Below are positions 38,068 to 51,912 of a stretch of 64,000 nt of DNA, in pieces (position 1 is the first letter of the stretch; the number at the start of each line of letters is the position of its first letter). The DNA lies in contig OX597824.1 in assembly GCA_951406725.2 (NCBI GenBank), forward strand, positions 61,876,001-61,940,000, written 5' to 3'. Source of the DNA: Octopus vulgaris. Lineage: Eukaryota. Both the position numbers and the translations under genes were made by a program. The notes under the pieces are model-generated. The model saw nothing but the letters and a program-made list of their open reading frames with translations. It was not told where the DNA came from and did not search any database.

Positions 38068-39066
38068 TAATCAAAATACGCAACAGGATATCAAGAGTTG
38101 ATCCTGTACGACCGTTTCAAGCGGCTCCATTTAATTGAGCAATGCAATCATTTATTTCATCAATTTAAATAGCTGCATAAATAAATAAAATTTTTAATCA
38201 GTTGGACACATTAATATAATTTTACTCAAATTCTCTAAAAGAGCCAGAAGAGGAAAATAGTCCATGTTGCTACTAATGTAGCTAAGAATATACTACACGG
38301 TATGAGGTTTGCTAAGGTCATAGCTTGTAAAGGATTGTGGTTAATTTTTAATTTATTAGTGCTTTTTTTATCAACTATCAGTGTATGCTTAGAAAGGAGT
38401 GAGTTGACAGTTTATAGTTGGGTATGGTCATTAATATTGTCAGCATTTTATTATTTATATAATTAACTGTCTGTAAAGGAGGCTGGGTAGGGGAAGATCC
38501 CAAATCAAGATGTTAAGCACCAGTTAAAGGCGGAAGACGCTAATAAAACATATGATGTAAATAAAGAATAAATTATCATGGGGTATTATGGATGATTGTA
38601 TATAAACAATATTGTTATCTTCTATAATGATAAAATTTAAAATTACTAAAAATGATATTATAACGAGAACATATAAAATGTTTGTGTATACTAATTTTCA
38701 ACATTAGAAAGGGAAGAATACATAGAATTAGTTTAATATTCATTCCTCTACTTAATTATTTACATATCAAAGTGGTTTCTGTACTATTAAGATTGCTTTG
38801 TATATTTACTTATGGAATACAGGGGCGATAAATCATGCTATCTTCATATTAATTATAAGCTGAGAATCAGCGTCTTCTGGCTCTATTAGAGAATTTGAGT
38901 AAAATTATATTAATGTATCCAACTGATTAAACATTCTATTTATTTATGCAGCTGAGGATAGGCCTGCATTTGAATTGATGTAATGCTTGCATTGGTCAGT
39001 TAAATAAAGCCGGTTGAAACGGTCGTGCTGCATCACCACTTGATATCCTGTTGCTTATTTTGATTT
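38068..39066. mobile_element. ~1-kb element with ~185-bp inverted termini carrying hammerhead remnants (Penelope pLTR-like)
   Basis: 38068-38252 is the reverse complement of 38874-39066; right arm has ATGCAG-CTGAGGA...GAAAC GGTC GTG-CTGCAT, left arm has GAAAC GGTC GTA on minus. Confidence 0.8.
38946..39033 (+). ncRNA. Type I hammerhead motif, probably inactivated
   Basis: Stem I ATGCAG/CTGCAT, core CTGAGGA (38952-38958), GAAAC (39016-39020); triplet is GTG here but GTA in sibling copies; base of stem II is damaged. Confidence 0.7.
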
Positions 39067-39212
39067 TATTAACCTTACTTTGCGTTGTACGGTTAATACC
39101 TCTCTGACTGTGTGCTTAAACTTAAGTGCCTAATTCAACTGAATCTCAATTACTTCTTACACACACACAATCACACACACATACACACACACACACATAT
39201 ATATATATATAC

Positions 39213-39243
<31 letters not shown>

Positions 39244-39249
39244 TACACA

Positions 39250-39325
<76 letters not shown>

Positions 39326-39337
39326 CGTTTGTGTATC

Positions 39338-39397
<60 letters not shown>

Positions 39398-39539
39398 TTT
39401 GTATATGGTATGTGAGTTTAGCAAAAATTTAGATTCAGATGACAATGGTACGAATAATCCATAAAATTTCAAAATAAGTTGATTGGAATCCAAATAAGCT
39501 ACAAGTGAAAGCAGCATGTTCTTTGTCTATCTCCTTAAC

Positions 39540-39680
39540 TTCTTGGAGACTTTAGGTAAAGTCATACTAATGTGTCCATCTGTAATAATTTAATTAAATT
39601 CTATGTATTAAATGGAGTTACGTGAAACGATCGTACTGTATGACCTCTGGATATACTTGTTGCTTATTTTGATTATATAC
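39540..39680 (+). repeat. Diverged further copy of the 38874-39066 terminal repeat
   Basis: TAATGTGTCCA.CTG...TTAAATGGAG...GAAACGATCGTACTG...TGTTGCTTATTTTTGATT. Confidence 0.7.
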
Positions 39681-39732
39681 ATACACACACATATACATAA
39701 GTATATGTATATGTATATATGTGTATATAATT

Positions 39733-39773
<41 letters not shown>

Positions 39774-40311
39774 ATGTTTGCATGTTTGTGGTGTGTGTGT
39801 GTACGTGATTTTTTTTTTGAAGATATTGTTTTGAGGAAGGAAGTATTTTTGTATCAATGTATATCTTTATTTCATTTTTGATCTGAAAATCATCAGCGGC
39901 ATATATATATTGTGCTAAATGGATTTCAGTTGTCAGAAATTTTATTGAATTAAATGACAAATTCCTTTTCTACTGAGAATATGGTCAGCTGTGTGAATGT
40001 ATTGTGTTGAATGGATTCTAAGGATGGTCAACAATTTCATTGCAAGTATGTATATACATATATTTATAGATGTGTGTATTTATCTACATGGTTCAAATTT
40101 ACAGGAAACAAAAGATGACAGGTAATGGAACAACACGCAGGTGCAACATATGTTTGTTTATGTGATTGTTTGCGCGTGCATGCATGTCTGTTTGTATCTG
40201 TGCGTAGTTAATTGAAACAGAGAATTTTTATCGCTTTAATCGAGCTCCAGGGCACTGCGTTCAACAGATGAGAATATATGTATATGGCAAGGCCGTTTTT
40301 TATCCATATTT

Positions 40312-40364
<53 letters not shown>

Positions 40365-40920
40365 TATCCAAAAAGAACAAATAAACACAAAATAATACTA
40401 TAAATGGCTCTCATTGCTTCTGGTCTTATGTGTTTACAAGTATTGAAATGTACAAATTTCTGGAATAGGGACTATAGAATTTAATGGAAATAAGAATGCT
40501 GTTTAGAACATTCCGAAAAATATCCAAAATTTATTCTTTCAGGTGCGGCCAAAGTAAAGAGTCCTTGACGCCTAAACTACATACTGATTGGTTGAAATAC
40601 AGTTACAACTTAATTGGTGCATTCCCCAAGCCGTGATATCTAACCTACATACTGATTTGTCAAAATACAGTTCATAATATTAAGTCTGCTGGAGTACATC
40701 GGAGAGTTTCTAAAAGATAATTCAAACTAGTTTACCATAGATGTCAAGTTCAGAACACGTCTGTCACTACATGAACCTGATGATTGCATAACGCAAGGAA
40801 ATTCTACTGTATTTCAATACTGTAAAATTGTAAAATTCTCAAATGATAAAACGTGAAAACCAGACATAATTGGAATTTCCTTGGTTAATATTCTCCTATA
40901 CACAATCATGCAAACTCGGT

Positions 40921-40978
<58 letters not shown>

Positions 40979-41088
40979 AGTGACCAGCATAGGAATAAAT
41001 ACCATACAAAGGTAATAATTTTTCACAACTATAACTAAGGGTATCTGAGAGACACCACCATGCCGAAATAGCATATACATGTATATAT

Positions 41089-41150
<62 letters not shown>

Positions 41151-41208
41151 CTGTATGTGTGTGTGTGTGTGTGTGTGTGTGAGTGTGCATGTGTGTGTGT
41201 GTAGATAG

Positions 41209-43130
41209 AGCCGATTCAAACGGTCGTACTGCATCACCGCTTGATCTCCTGTTGCTTATATGTGGTACAACAATGCACCAATATTTGAAGGAAATAGCAG
41301 TCGATAATATACGACGATATACTAAAGCTTCATTGTGTGTATATACTGGCAAAAATGTTAGCGGGCAGCGAACAAAAAAACGAATTTCATCTTACCTTTA
41401 GGAAGAACATTAAATAAATCTACAACCCAGATGTGGATAATCTAGGCCCTAAATTTCGAAGTTTCCAAATTACGTTGGTAAACGTAAATTTGATTAGTTC
41501 TCATCGGCTAGATTCACCTAGATAACACTCAAATGCCATCGCATCAATGGCAGTATATAATCGTCTGAAGTTGTTTTACATTAACACAGGCTCCTGCCAT
41601 CTTGACATAATTTTCAGGAACCTAGTTAAGAGCGTCAGCAGGAGAATCTCCAGCTTGTCTGCAAGCAAAGAGATCTTTGATGCTGCTGCTTTGTACTACA
41701 ACCGGGCTCTGTCTGCCAGCGGTTTCAAGGATAGTATTAGTTTTTAGTTACATACCAGACCCTGGCCCCACTAAGAGAAGGCGTCGTCAGAATGTACTGT
41801 GGTTCACACCGCCATTCTCTTGAAACATTAGGACCAGAGTAGGTAAGATCTTCCTTAGTTTAGTTGATAGATCCTTCTCTCGTACCAATATATTCAACAA
41901 AATATTTAATAGACATACGGTGAGGTTATTCTTTACCTGTGCACCTGATGTAAAAAAGATTGTAGTAGGTAGGCCCCGACCCGAGACTAAGGCAGGATGC
42001 TCATGTAGAAGTAACACAACTTCTCTACTAAACGGCCAATGCAATAGGGAATTAGTTGTTTACAAGGCAGTAGTAACAGCAACAGGAACCAATGGACAGC
42101 CGAGCGTGCGGGAATATGTGGGGGAAACGGAAGGCCTCTTCAGCACGAACTTTAACAACAACAATCCTCATTCAACATCCCAGGGAGACGCAGCGCATTA
42201 AACCCTAGACAGGCACGTCTGGACACTGAAGGAAAGCGCCACGGAGTACAACATAAGGAGGAAAATTGTAGAATAATACAAGCCGTATTTCAATAGCAGC
42301 AGGAAGGGTAGATTACTCCTGGCTGAGGAGAGAGCGATTTTAAAAGGCACCCAACACCTGGATGTTTACCTGAACAACAGGAGTGAGGTGGATAATCCTG
42401 GCCTGAATGAATGGAAATACATTTTATCATATCTGTACGCCCCACCATGACTCCAACTACAGGTTCCCTGCGTGGGCCTTACGAAAACGAGTTCCACCAA
42501 TGGTGTTGGGCCCGGCGAAGAGAGTTTGAAGAAGACAAATACCAATGCACCCCTTTACACACACGCACACCCTTATAAGTCGGACACCTCGAATGTAATT
42601 ATCTCAATCACCCCAACACAAACCCCCACACGCAAACTGTACCCCCACTTATACACAAACCCTGTCACACACATTACACATTACAGATCGTAGCTAATAT
42701 AAAGATCCCACAACTTTATCCTTTGCAGAAAGGAAACAGTCCAACGAACAGAGCTGTATATAGCTATTCACGGAAAAAAAATATTCACATGACACCGCTA
42801 CACATACTACATACTACATGCCCGCAGGGACGCCACATTAATAATAAACACCTTCCGCATTTCAAGATAACTCTTGCCGGCTTTCCAACATACCCAACCA
42901 AGGAACATAACTCCTAGCCCAATCCTCAGGCCCATATTCCGTTTCACCACTTTTTTTCATAGCAGCCGCTGACGGTTTGTGCTAATCCACCTTCGACAAC
43001 AGAGAGCAGTCACCATATTCCCTTCCATATCGGCAACCAGTGATTCGCGTAATTATATAATTGAAATGTTACCTAACACTCCATTGTATCTTTTGCGTGA
43101 AACCGATTGATAAGACCAGCATCATGGATA
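41209..43130 (+). mobile_element. Penelope-like element (Naiad-like), 5'-truncated: RT thumb, GIY-YIG and 3' non-coding region, preceded by a hammerhead 3' half
   Basis: YINTGSCH..RRISSLSASKEIFDAAALYYNRALSASGF, VLWFTPPFS..RVGKIFLSLVD, KIFNRHTVRL, GCSCR..NGQCNRELVVYKAVV..EYVGETEG.F (about 41500-42450); CAAACGGTCGTACTGCATC at 41217; 3' boundary uncertain. Confidence 0.85.
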
Positions 43131-43152
43131 CTTAATACTATAGAATTCGGAT

Positions 43153-43187
<35 letters not shown>

Positions 43188-43231
43188 TGTGTATGTATGT
43201 ATGTATGTGTGTGTGTATGTATGTATGCATG

Positions 43232-43262
<31 letters not shown>

Positions 43263-43810
43263 GTCAGGTCACTTTCGAGTGCTACTGGTAACATGTAACA
43301 TAGTACAACCTGTTGCATGGTCGGGTCGTCGGCAACTAAACCGGCAACCACACCAAGCTTGCTTGGTGAGGAGGGTGTTTATTGGACACCCTGCGAGATG
43401 AAAAACAAAACCCGTCAAAGGGCGGAGGAACTCTTGAGAGTCAACGGCCATCCAATAAATGTCTTAAGGCTGTATCGCAGAGACATAGAAATAATCGGAC
43501 TGAATACCCGATCGCGCGGTTAAACCATTGGAAGTGAAGGACTCCTAGCCTTTGTTAGGGCATCCTTCTAGGAGAAGGTAACTCAGGTAACTGGGATAAC
43601 TCCGACATAAAGCCTACGGCTCAGTGGTTACCGATGATGTTAACTTGTTCTTCTTTTCAGATTATGGCTGCTGTTGCTTAGTGAGAGGGATTGACTGTGC
43701 ACAGCCTTTCCTCACTTTTAAAAAAATCTTGTTGCACAGGCATTGCACGATAACAGTATTGATTAAGCTTCGGGCAATGTCCATACTCGATAACGAGGGA
43801 CAGCCACCTT
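43263..43810 (+). mobile_element. ~550-bp GC-richer non-coding element in (TA)n, possibly RTE-derived and non-autonomous
   Basis: Sharp compositional boundaries with TA flanks; contains CTAGGAGAAGGTAACTC, resembling RTE 5'-UTR motifs as I recall them; structured 5' end; no RT ORF. Confidence 0.5.
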
Positions 43811-45409
43811 ATATATAAAAATACAGACACGCTCACTCACACGTCTATTCATTCATTCCCGTATGAATATTTTTATCTATCTTTCGCTGTATACACGCTC
43901 TCACAAATATACGTATACACATATGCATACATATACATAATATGTATTCTATATAAACACGGAGGAAAATAACTAGTAAATTGAAAAAAAATGCTTAAGT
44001 CCTTTTCCTATTTTCGATATCTAATCTCTTCAATTATAGCAACATCCTATAAATCCCGAGTTTAGAATTAAGGATGTACTTTCGAAACAGACACGGACGT
44101 GTTAGGATTACAAGCGAGACGTCTCGATATAAATTAAAAACATTGATTTTATTGTAAGTCATTAGATCTATATCACTTATTTCCCTTTCCATTTCCATCC
44201 ATTTATTTAAGTCGTATTACATATTTTTATACTGTTTTTACTTTATTAGTTAGGACTGTAGAATATGTGATAAGTGATATAAATATATTTCTGAAATCTC
44301 GTCAAATGATCTGAGATTGAATGACTTTTCACACTTAGTAATCAATCTATTTAAAGAAGAACAAAAATAGTATTTCCGAACACGTAAAGACTTTTTTATC
44401 AGCCAGACATTAACCGAGACATAAAATAAATAAATAAACAAATAACTATAATTGTTGCTTCTCAGGATGTCCATATCAGCGAAACGGATTTTAATTTTTT
44501 TTTTTACATTTCTCATTTTCATCAAGTGTTAGAATTGTATGTCGTTGAAATTTATTAAGTTGATCATTGAAATCGTCGATATCACCACCCTCCTCCTCCT
44601 CTTTCTCCTCCTTCTCCTCCTCCTCATCATTCTGTTTCCCTCTTTTAGTTTCACGCAGTGGTCACACTCGGGATCCAAAGGACTGGCATCATAACAACCC
44701 GAAGAAAAGCGTCAAAACGTAGAGCTTTACTGTGTTTAAATGGATTATTAAACATTACCATCTACCAACATGAAAATAAGTGCAATCATAAATTATTCAA
44801 GTATAGGACTAAATGCCTTCATTTAGATACTCAACATTCCCTCTTGCTCCAGTAGTTGTTTATATCTTTCCTTAAACGGAGATCCTCCCTGCCTAGGGAG
44901 TATTTGAACAAAGTCGTTAGAGCTATGGTCATCCACTTTCGATGTTTTCCGGCACATAAGTTTTATCCTTTTTAGAGAGAAAAATGCGGGCATTTATTTT
45001 GCATTCCCCGCAGATGGCGCAGCAGTAGCGACAAAGTGTCTCCTGTCCATTCTTCCAGTGACAACATACATGTAAAAACAACCGCATTAACAAGAACAAG
45101 AACAAGAACAACAACAACAACAATAGTATATCACAAATTGTTACCATACCTGCACAAATCACTTTACAAAATAAGGACATATTGACCAATTTAATCCTTC
45201 CAATTTACAAATGTGAATGCGCTGGTCATGACTGGACCACCGTTTATCAAAGGAGTTTTCAATAGAGACTAGCATTCAGTTCAACAACAGCAACAACATG
45301 TTATAAGGTTTGAAATTCACTAAAGCGAGTGCTGTCTGAAGGTATATTAATGGAGCATATATATATGTACGTATATATATATGTATGTAGGTATGTAGGT
45401 AGGTATGTA

Positions 45410-45654
45410 TACAGGGTTGGTCACATTTTACCTGACAGACTATAAAAACCATTTAATTGCAAGATTAAAACAAAAAAATATTTTATATGAGATTTCACTA
45501 ATAAATAGACAAATGTTGAAAAGAAAAACCATGAACTTAACTTACAGCATTCAATTATTAAACATTCATAATGCGAATTAATAAATAAAATTGTATATTA
45601 ATATTGTATATGGAACATTGATTTACTAAGGGGTGAATTTTGGTCAAGCCTATA
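45410..45654. mobile_element. Tc1/mariner-type MITE
   Basis: TA-CAGGGTTGGTCACATTTTACC ... GGGTGAATTTTGGTCAAGCCTA-TA imperfect TIRs in TA context. Confidence 0.6.
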
Positions 45655-46111
45655 TATACACACACACGCATATATATATATATGAAGGGCTAACGAAAAT
45701 CAACAGGAAACGATCTGTGAGACACGTTTTAGTTCAGTCTTTTGTCGTTAGAAGCCAATTCATGCGAACCTCAGGCATCATTCTGCTGATTGGCGTCGTT
45801 GGGTGATGCTGTATTGCATTTTTGGAGACACGGGTATGCTACTATATATATGTATTCACCATCAAAATTTATGGATGATTTAGCGAATTGCTAATGTGTA
45901 TACAATAAAATGTTACCACAAAGGAATGCCATATACTATCACTAAATGCGACTAAGGATTTTAGAATACCTACATGGCTAGAAATAAAAGCTAAATTGCT
46001 CTAATGCTGTAGTTAAAGCACATAATTGTATACATATATGCCGAGAGAGACTGTATTCGCCCAGAACACCGATCAGTACCGGCTATTTCCGTAGTATCAT
46101 CAGTAAGTAAG

Positions 46112-46145
<34 letters not shown>

Positions 46146-46179
46146 AATGTGCGTGAGTATATATATATATATATATATA

Positions 46180-46440
46180 GGAACACTCTGTCGGTTACCA
46201 CGACGAAGGTCCCGGCTGATACGATCAACGGAACAGCTTGCTCACAAAATAGCATGCAAGTGGCTGAGCATTCCACAGACACGTGTACCCTAAACATAGT
46301 TCTCAAAGCAATCAGCGTGACACAGAGTGTGTCAAGGTTGGCCCTTTGAAATGCAGGTACTACTAATTTTTACCTGCTGAGTGGACTGTAGCCAGGTGAA
46401 ATAAAGTGTCTTGCTCAAGGCCACAACGAGTCGCCGGAAA
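46180..46440 (-). mobile_element. SINE fragment (third family)
   Basis: Minus strand TTGTGGCCTTGAGCAAGACACTTTATTTCAC, a typical post-tRNA SINE segment; ends at a TA/CA microsatellite. Confidence 0.65.
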
Positions 46441-46674
46441 TGTGCAAATAACAACAGGATAAACAAGACTTTCTCAGGAGATAAATACAAATAATCAGAA
46501 AATGGAAAAAACCTCAGATTAACAAACACATCGATTGGACAACATTTATAGCTTATTTTTGAATACAAAGCATGACATAGCAAATAGATGACGTAGCAAA
46601 CAAGAAAAGATAAAGGATTCGGGTGACCTCGTTTCAAATTGTATCTGACCAATAGTAGAGAACGCCGGACTTAG

Positions 46675-46995
46675 ACTTGCCCCATTGTGGACCACAGGTG
46701 TGATTCTCGGTAATATTTTCTGTGAGGCCGAACAAAGACTTGTAAGTGCATTTGGTAGAGAGTAATTGAAAGGAACCCGTCGTATATGAATATGTATGTA
46801 TTTATGTGTGTGTCTTTGTGCCTGTGTTTTTCCCACGTTATATTTTGACAACCGATGTTGTTGTGTTTATGTCCCCGTAACTGTGCAGTTCAGCAAAAGA
46901 GAAGATAGAATAAGTGCCAGGCTTACAAAGAATAAGTCCTGGAGTTGTCCAGCTTTGCTGCAGTCAAACGACTGGCACAAATGCAAGAGTAACAG
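46675..46995 (+). mobile_element. Bipartite SINE, degenerate
   Basis: TTTGGTAGA..GTAATTGAAAGGAACCCGTCG, short microsatellite, TTGACAACCGATG...GAATAAGTCCTGG. Confidence 0.7.
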
Positions 46996-47035
46996 AGTAC
47001 AAGTGTGTGTACGCATATATATACATATACATATG

Positions 47036-47118
<83 letters not shown>

Positions 47119-50100
47119 TAATATTCCTACTTACAAAGTTTGTATCATATTTTCTTCCGTCCCTATTACGACCATCTAATAACGTAAACTTTTTTCGCAA
47201 ACATAAATTCTCCTTAATTTATTAATGACTTGTGTTGTTTTCATATTCGATGTAATAACGATTTTTATTCATTCATGATGTTTTATTGCTGGAGAATTCG
47301 AAATAAAGCTGTAAAGTATTCGACAAAACTCACACCTTTCAGTATTTTGTTAGAGGTTTTGTCGTATGCATTGGTGTAATGAGAATAAAAGAATTGGACA
47401 AATATCGTCTAAACTATTAACCTGTGCTCGACTAATGCAAATATTAAAAAATGTTCTTGAAGTAATCCTTTTCATTCACAATTCGTGAGAACGTCTTTTC
47501 GGAATGACCAAAAAATGAAAGTGAAATATTTCCTTCCGTTACACACGTTTCTGTCTATTTATTTTGTAAGGATTTGATATTACGACTCATATATGAAATG
47601 GTTAATGCTATAAGTATTGACAGTATTTCTTCTTCTTACCTTTGTGCAGTTCTAGTTGCACTACATTTTTTTCCTGTTTATCTCGATGTCAGCCTTTGTA
47701 CACTGGACAAAGAGAGTCCAGCCAGTCCCATATCTCTTTATACTGATTCACTGTGTCGTATCTAAGATATCATCCAGTATCTTAGTATCACATAGGGTGT
47801 AATTTTGATTTGGATTGGATTCTGTCGGGCTTGTGAGAATTGTAGTAAACACCATTGGCCGAATACTGAATAGTACTGCACAGGTTCTTCAAACCTACAT
47901 AATAGTTTCAGTTTATCGATCATACATATGGTAAAAAATCACTGAATGTTGATTTTTGTATGTGTTAAAAATCTATATTTTATTAGCAAAGTAATATTCT
48001 ATATGTTTTAGAGTATAAGAAATCAAAAGTATGTCCTTTCTGTCCTCCCCATGATTGAAATGCTATCATTACTTCTAAGTCGTTGAATTATTATCAAGTG
48101 CGTCACATGTTGAATATGCTGTCTGTACCATCATAGCTAATACAAGTAAATATAGCACTACATGTGAAAAAATATATTCTCAATTAGGCATAAATATTTA
48201 AATAACCACATATAAATAATATGCACGCATGTAACAGATGGCATGAATTCGTGACATGTTAACTGTGGCACAATACAGCCAATACTACAAATCAACACAA
48301 TACCAGAATGCAAACAATAAATGTGAATAGTAGTCGATGCCATCTACCTCAGTGCATAGCTGCCATATTTCTTCATCGACCCAGAAATACTGTTAAAACA
48401 ACCTTGACCACGACAACCTTCGAACTCAGAATGTAAAGAAATCCTGCAGATAATTTATTCCGACTCTGTACCGAGTCTATCAATCCACCGCCTAAGTAAC
48501 AACGTAATATCAGGACAGTACATACATTTTACATTAAAACGAAAGCAACTATTTCTTTATGTCAGTCATGAAGTCTACTTTGCTGTATGAAGAACATAGC
48601 GAAATAATGCAGTAACATTTGAACGAAGAAATAATAATTTAGTATTTCAATACCTATGCATCCAGTAACAAAATACATGAGTATGAATATAAATAGATTC
48701 TAGAAAGCGTAAATAGAAAATTCGGTAGTTAATATAGGCAAAATACGATAGAATGAATGATAGGCAAACAAGAAGACAGGCATACACGCAATGACTGGCA
48801 GCGGTGAGTGCAATCATTACATAACATACATGCGAACAAAGAAGACTCGAAAGATGATAACACCTCATGAAAGGGAATGTCAGACGTACCACGGAAAAGA
48901 CTTATAGGTATATGTCTATTCATTTGAATAAATGGCTTTCATATTCAAGGTCGGCCATTTTATTGCTTCTATTGTAAATCAATCAACTTACTGAACAATT
49001 GTAAGGCATTTCACGCTTATACAGACAACCTACGCATATATAACTATATAACACAACAAAGGAAGGTTAATCGTTCATGAAGGAGGTTGGCGAAACAATG
49101 TAAGTATTTAGCAAAATGAGACAGTCGTGTCCCGAAACTGACAAATCAATGACAGCGAAACAACAGTGGCATTACAGCAAAGACATGAATACTATATTTC
49201 CATTTCTAATATTTCGTCAGATATAGAATGAAATCAGTGTACTTAGTAACGCGAATGTCATTGATTGATGCTGAGAATTATTCCTCTAGCAAGCAATCAG
49301 CGAACCAGAGTTAATCGCTGTTGGCAGGGAATAAATCTCTCTCGGTATATCATAAATCTATCAAAACAAAATATCAGAATCTGAACAATATTGATCTAAT
49401 TCTTAAACAAGACGTTGGCGGTTTTTTGCAACTTGCAAATAGTACGAGTTATTCTTGATTTATACAACCTGGTTATATTACTGGTACATTTCTGTTGCAT
49501 TGCGTTTGAATCTGTAAAGCATTACATACATTCGTACAGCAATTCTTACTGGCATAGAAGAAATGTAAATACAGAGATTTTAACAGACATGCACACACAG
49601 AGACACACACGAGCGCACAAAAATACAGGAGGTATTATAGGTGTGTATAAGTACATACAAAAATTTACATATACAAACGTATACAAACATTTATACACCC
49701 ACACATACGCATACACAAACATAAACACTCACGCACACACATGCACACTCTCTCTCTCTCACTATCTCTCTCTCTCTCTCACACACACGGACCCCCAGCT
49801 ATGTAATAAAACGCAATGTGTTTCACGTCATCCAAGCTTGTAGAGGGAGAAATAAATAACAGATGGAGTGGAAGAGAATGTCAGTAAGAAACGCTAAATG
49901 CTATTGGACTAGAGTGAGAAGAGTTGTTCTGAAGTAGCCGGTATTTTCACCAAAAGGGAAGTGAAATATTTTATGGTTATCAATTTCACAAATATATATC
50001 TATGTTTATTAGATTACTGATATTTATCAATGGTTTTCTCTATTGTCGTGATGCAGCACATTCTATTATTAGTAAAATCGTCTGCAGGTGTGAAGACATG

Positions 50101-50498
50101 GGTTTGCTACTATATATAAAATTCAGGATATATATTTCGTTTTGGGATTTGGTTTGCAAGATTCTTTATATGAGTTCGTGTGTTGAAGCATAGTCTGTTG
50201 TTATAAGGCACAAAAAATTTACTCCCCCCAGACACAACAGGACAGGATAAATATTTATATTCATAAAAATATACAATATGCATTTGGATATAAACGTTAC
50301 ATATGTATATATATATATGAGACCGGACCAGTTATCTGGCACTATGTTCTTTTTGAGAATTTCTAATTGTTAATTATTATCTCAGTTCCCCTGAAGAAAA
50401 CTGCATTTTTGCAGGATGTAACATTTCTGTTGACATACGTACATATACACGAGACGACATTCATCCACATCGAAACGTAGACGTATATATATGCATGT

Positions 50499-50537
<39 letters not shown>

Positions 50538-51837
50538 TGTGCGGGTGCATGTGCGTGTGTCATTGCGTTTGTCAACGATGAAGTTTCGCGTGACTGATTA
50601 ACTGAATTACTATGTCAAGAATTACCATTACAACTTACTGAGAACTCCACTGACAGGTGTATCCTCAACATAATGTCAGGTAGATTTATGAAAATGTGCA
50701 AGAGAAGGCGGTACAGTTTGAAATGCCATTACAATCAATTTAACGAGTTTCCATACAGTTTCCGTTTACATAATTTCAGTTAGAAAGTCCACCTCGGCGT
50801 AAAGGAAATATTACCCAAGAATCTGCACGCACACACACACACACACAAACCATCTGATAGTTATTTCTGACGTCAAAATTCTGTATTAAAGCTTTATTCA
50901 AATGGCTGCATCAGTCCAAATTAACATTAGCATTTATGCTAATGTTAATTTCTTGAAATTATATATTCAAAGCCAATCTACTTTAAATTGATTAGAGTCT
51001 CTGGAATCCATAAATAAGTCGACGAATATCTATACATCTTTACATACCCTTGTATATAAAAAATACATGCACGTGACACACCAACAAACTCTAAAAAGAT
51101 ATTTCTTAACTTATCTTGGAAGCGAAATGTGTATCAAATCATTGGACTTAATGCATAAGAGGATATTAGTTTGAGCAAATCAAACATAAGAAAGGATAGT
51201 TACAACTGTTACGTCTTTGATCACGGTTCTACAACTTTGTCGTCGGTTCCCTTCTATTTCAATTTATTATCAATCGAAAGTTCCGATTACTCTAAAAGAG
51301 GAATTAATTAGGACAATTACAGTAGAAAAGGTTATGAGAAAGTAGTTAACTTTATTTTATGTCTGCCAAATAAGCTCTCTCTTGTACTATCAATCGCAGT
51401 ATCTTCATAACGTTTGGAATACGGTACATGCACAACTAAACGTGCCGATTCTCTGGCAAAACCACATCGATTATTCTATTGAATATTTTTGATTGTTCAT
51501 TGCAATAACGATAGATGATAATATATGAATAAAAAGTACCGAGTCAACATAACTTCAAGTGAGTTGTTGCAGTACATGACGACTCTCATTAGAACGTTAT
51601 TGTTTCCTTAAAATATTATGTAGAATTCATGCTGTGATCGACATTACTTTCAATATTCCCCAAAATTAAAAAAAGCAAAATTACATTAATATCCTGAGAT
51701 TTAATTAAATCATTGATATGCAGGCCAACCACCAGATTCACCAACAAATTTGTTAATATCTTTTTGAGAATATATCAATATAAATTCACTTAAGAATTTA
51801 ACAATTCAAATTAAGAAACTTTGGACATATGTTACAG

Positions 51838-51912
<75 letters not shown>

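Noticed and set aside
39855-39900. Minus-strand CTGATGA...GAAA motif
   Set aside because: Stem II register is off by one and stem I is absent; expected by chance in AT-rich DNA.
46070-46110. Minus-strand CTGATGA-TACTACG-GAAA-TAGCCGG-TA
   Set aside because: No pairable stem II or stem I; at best a truncated remnant.
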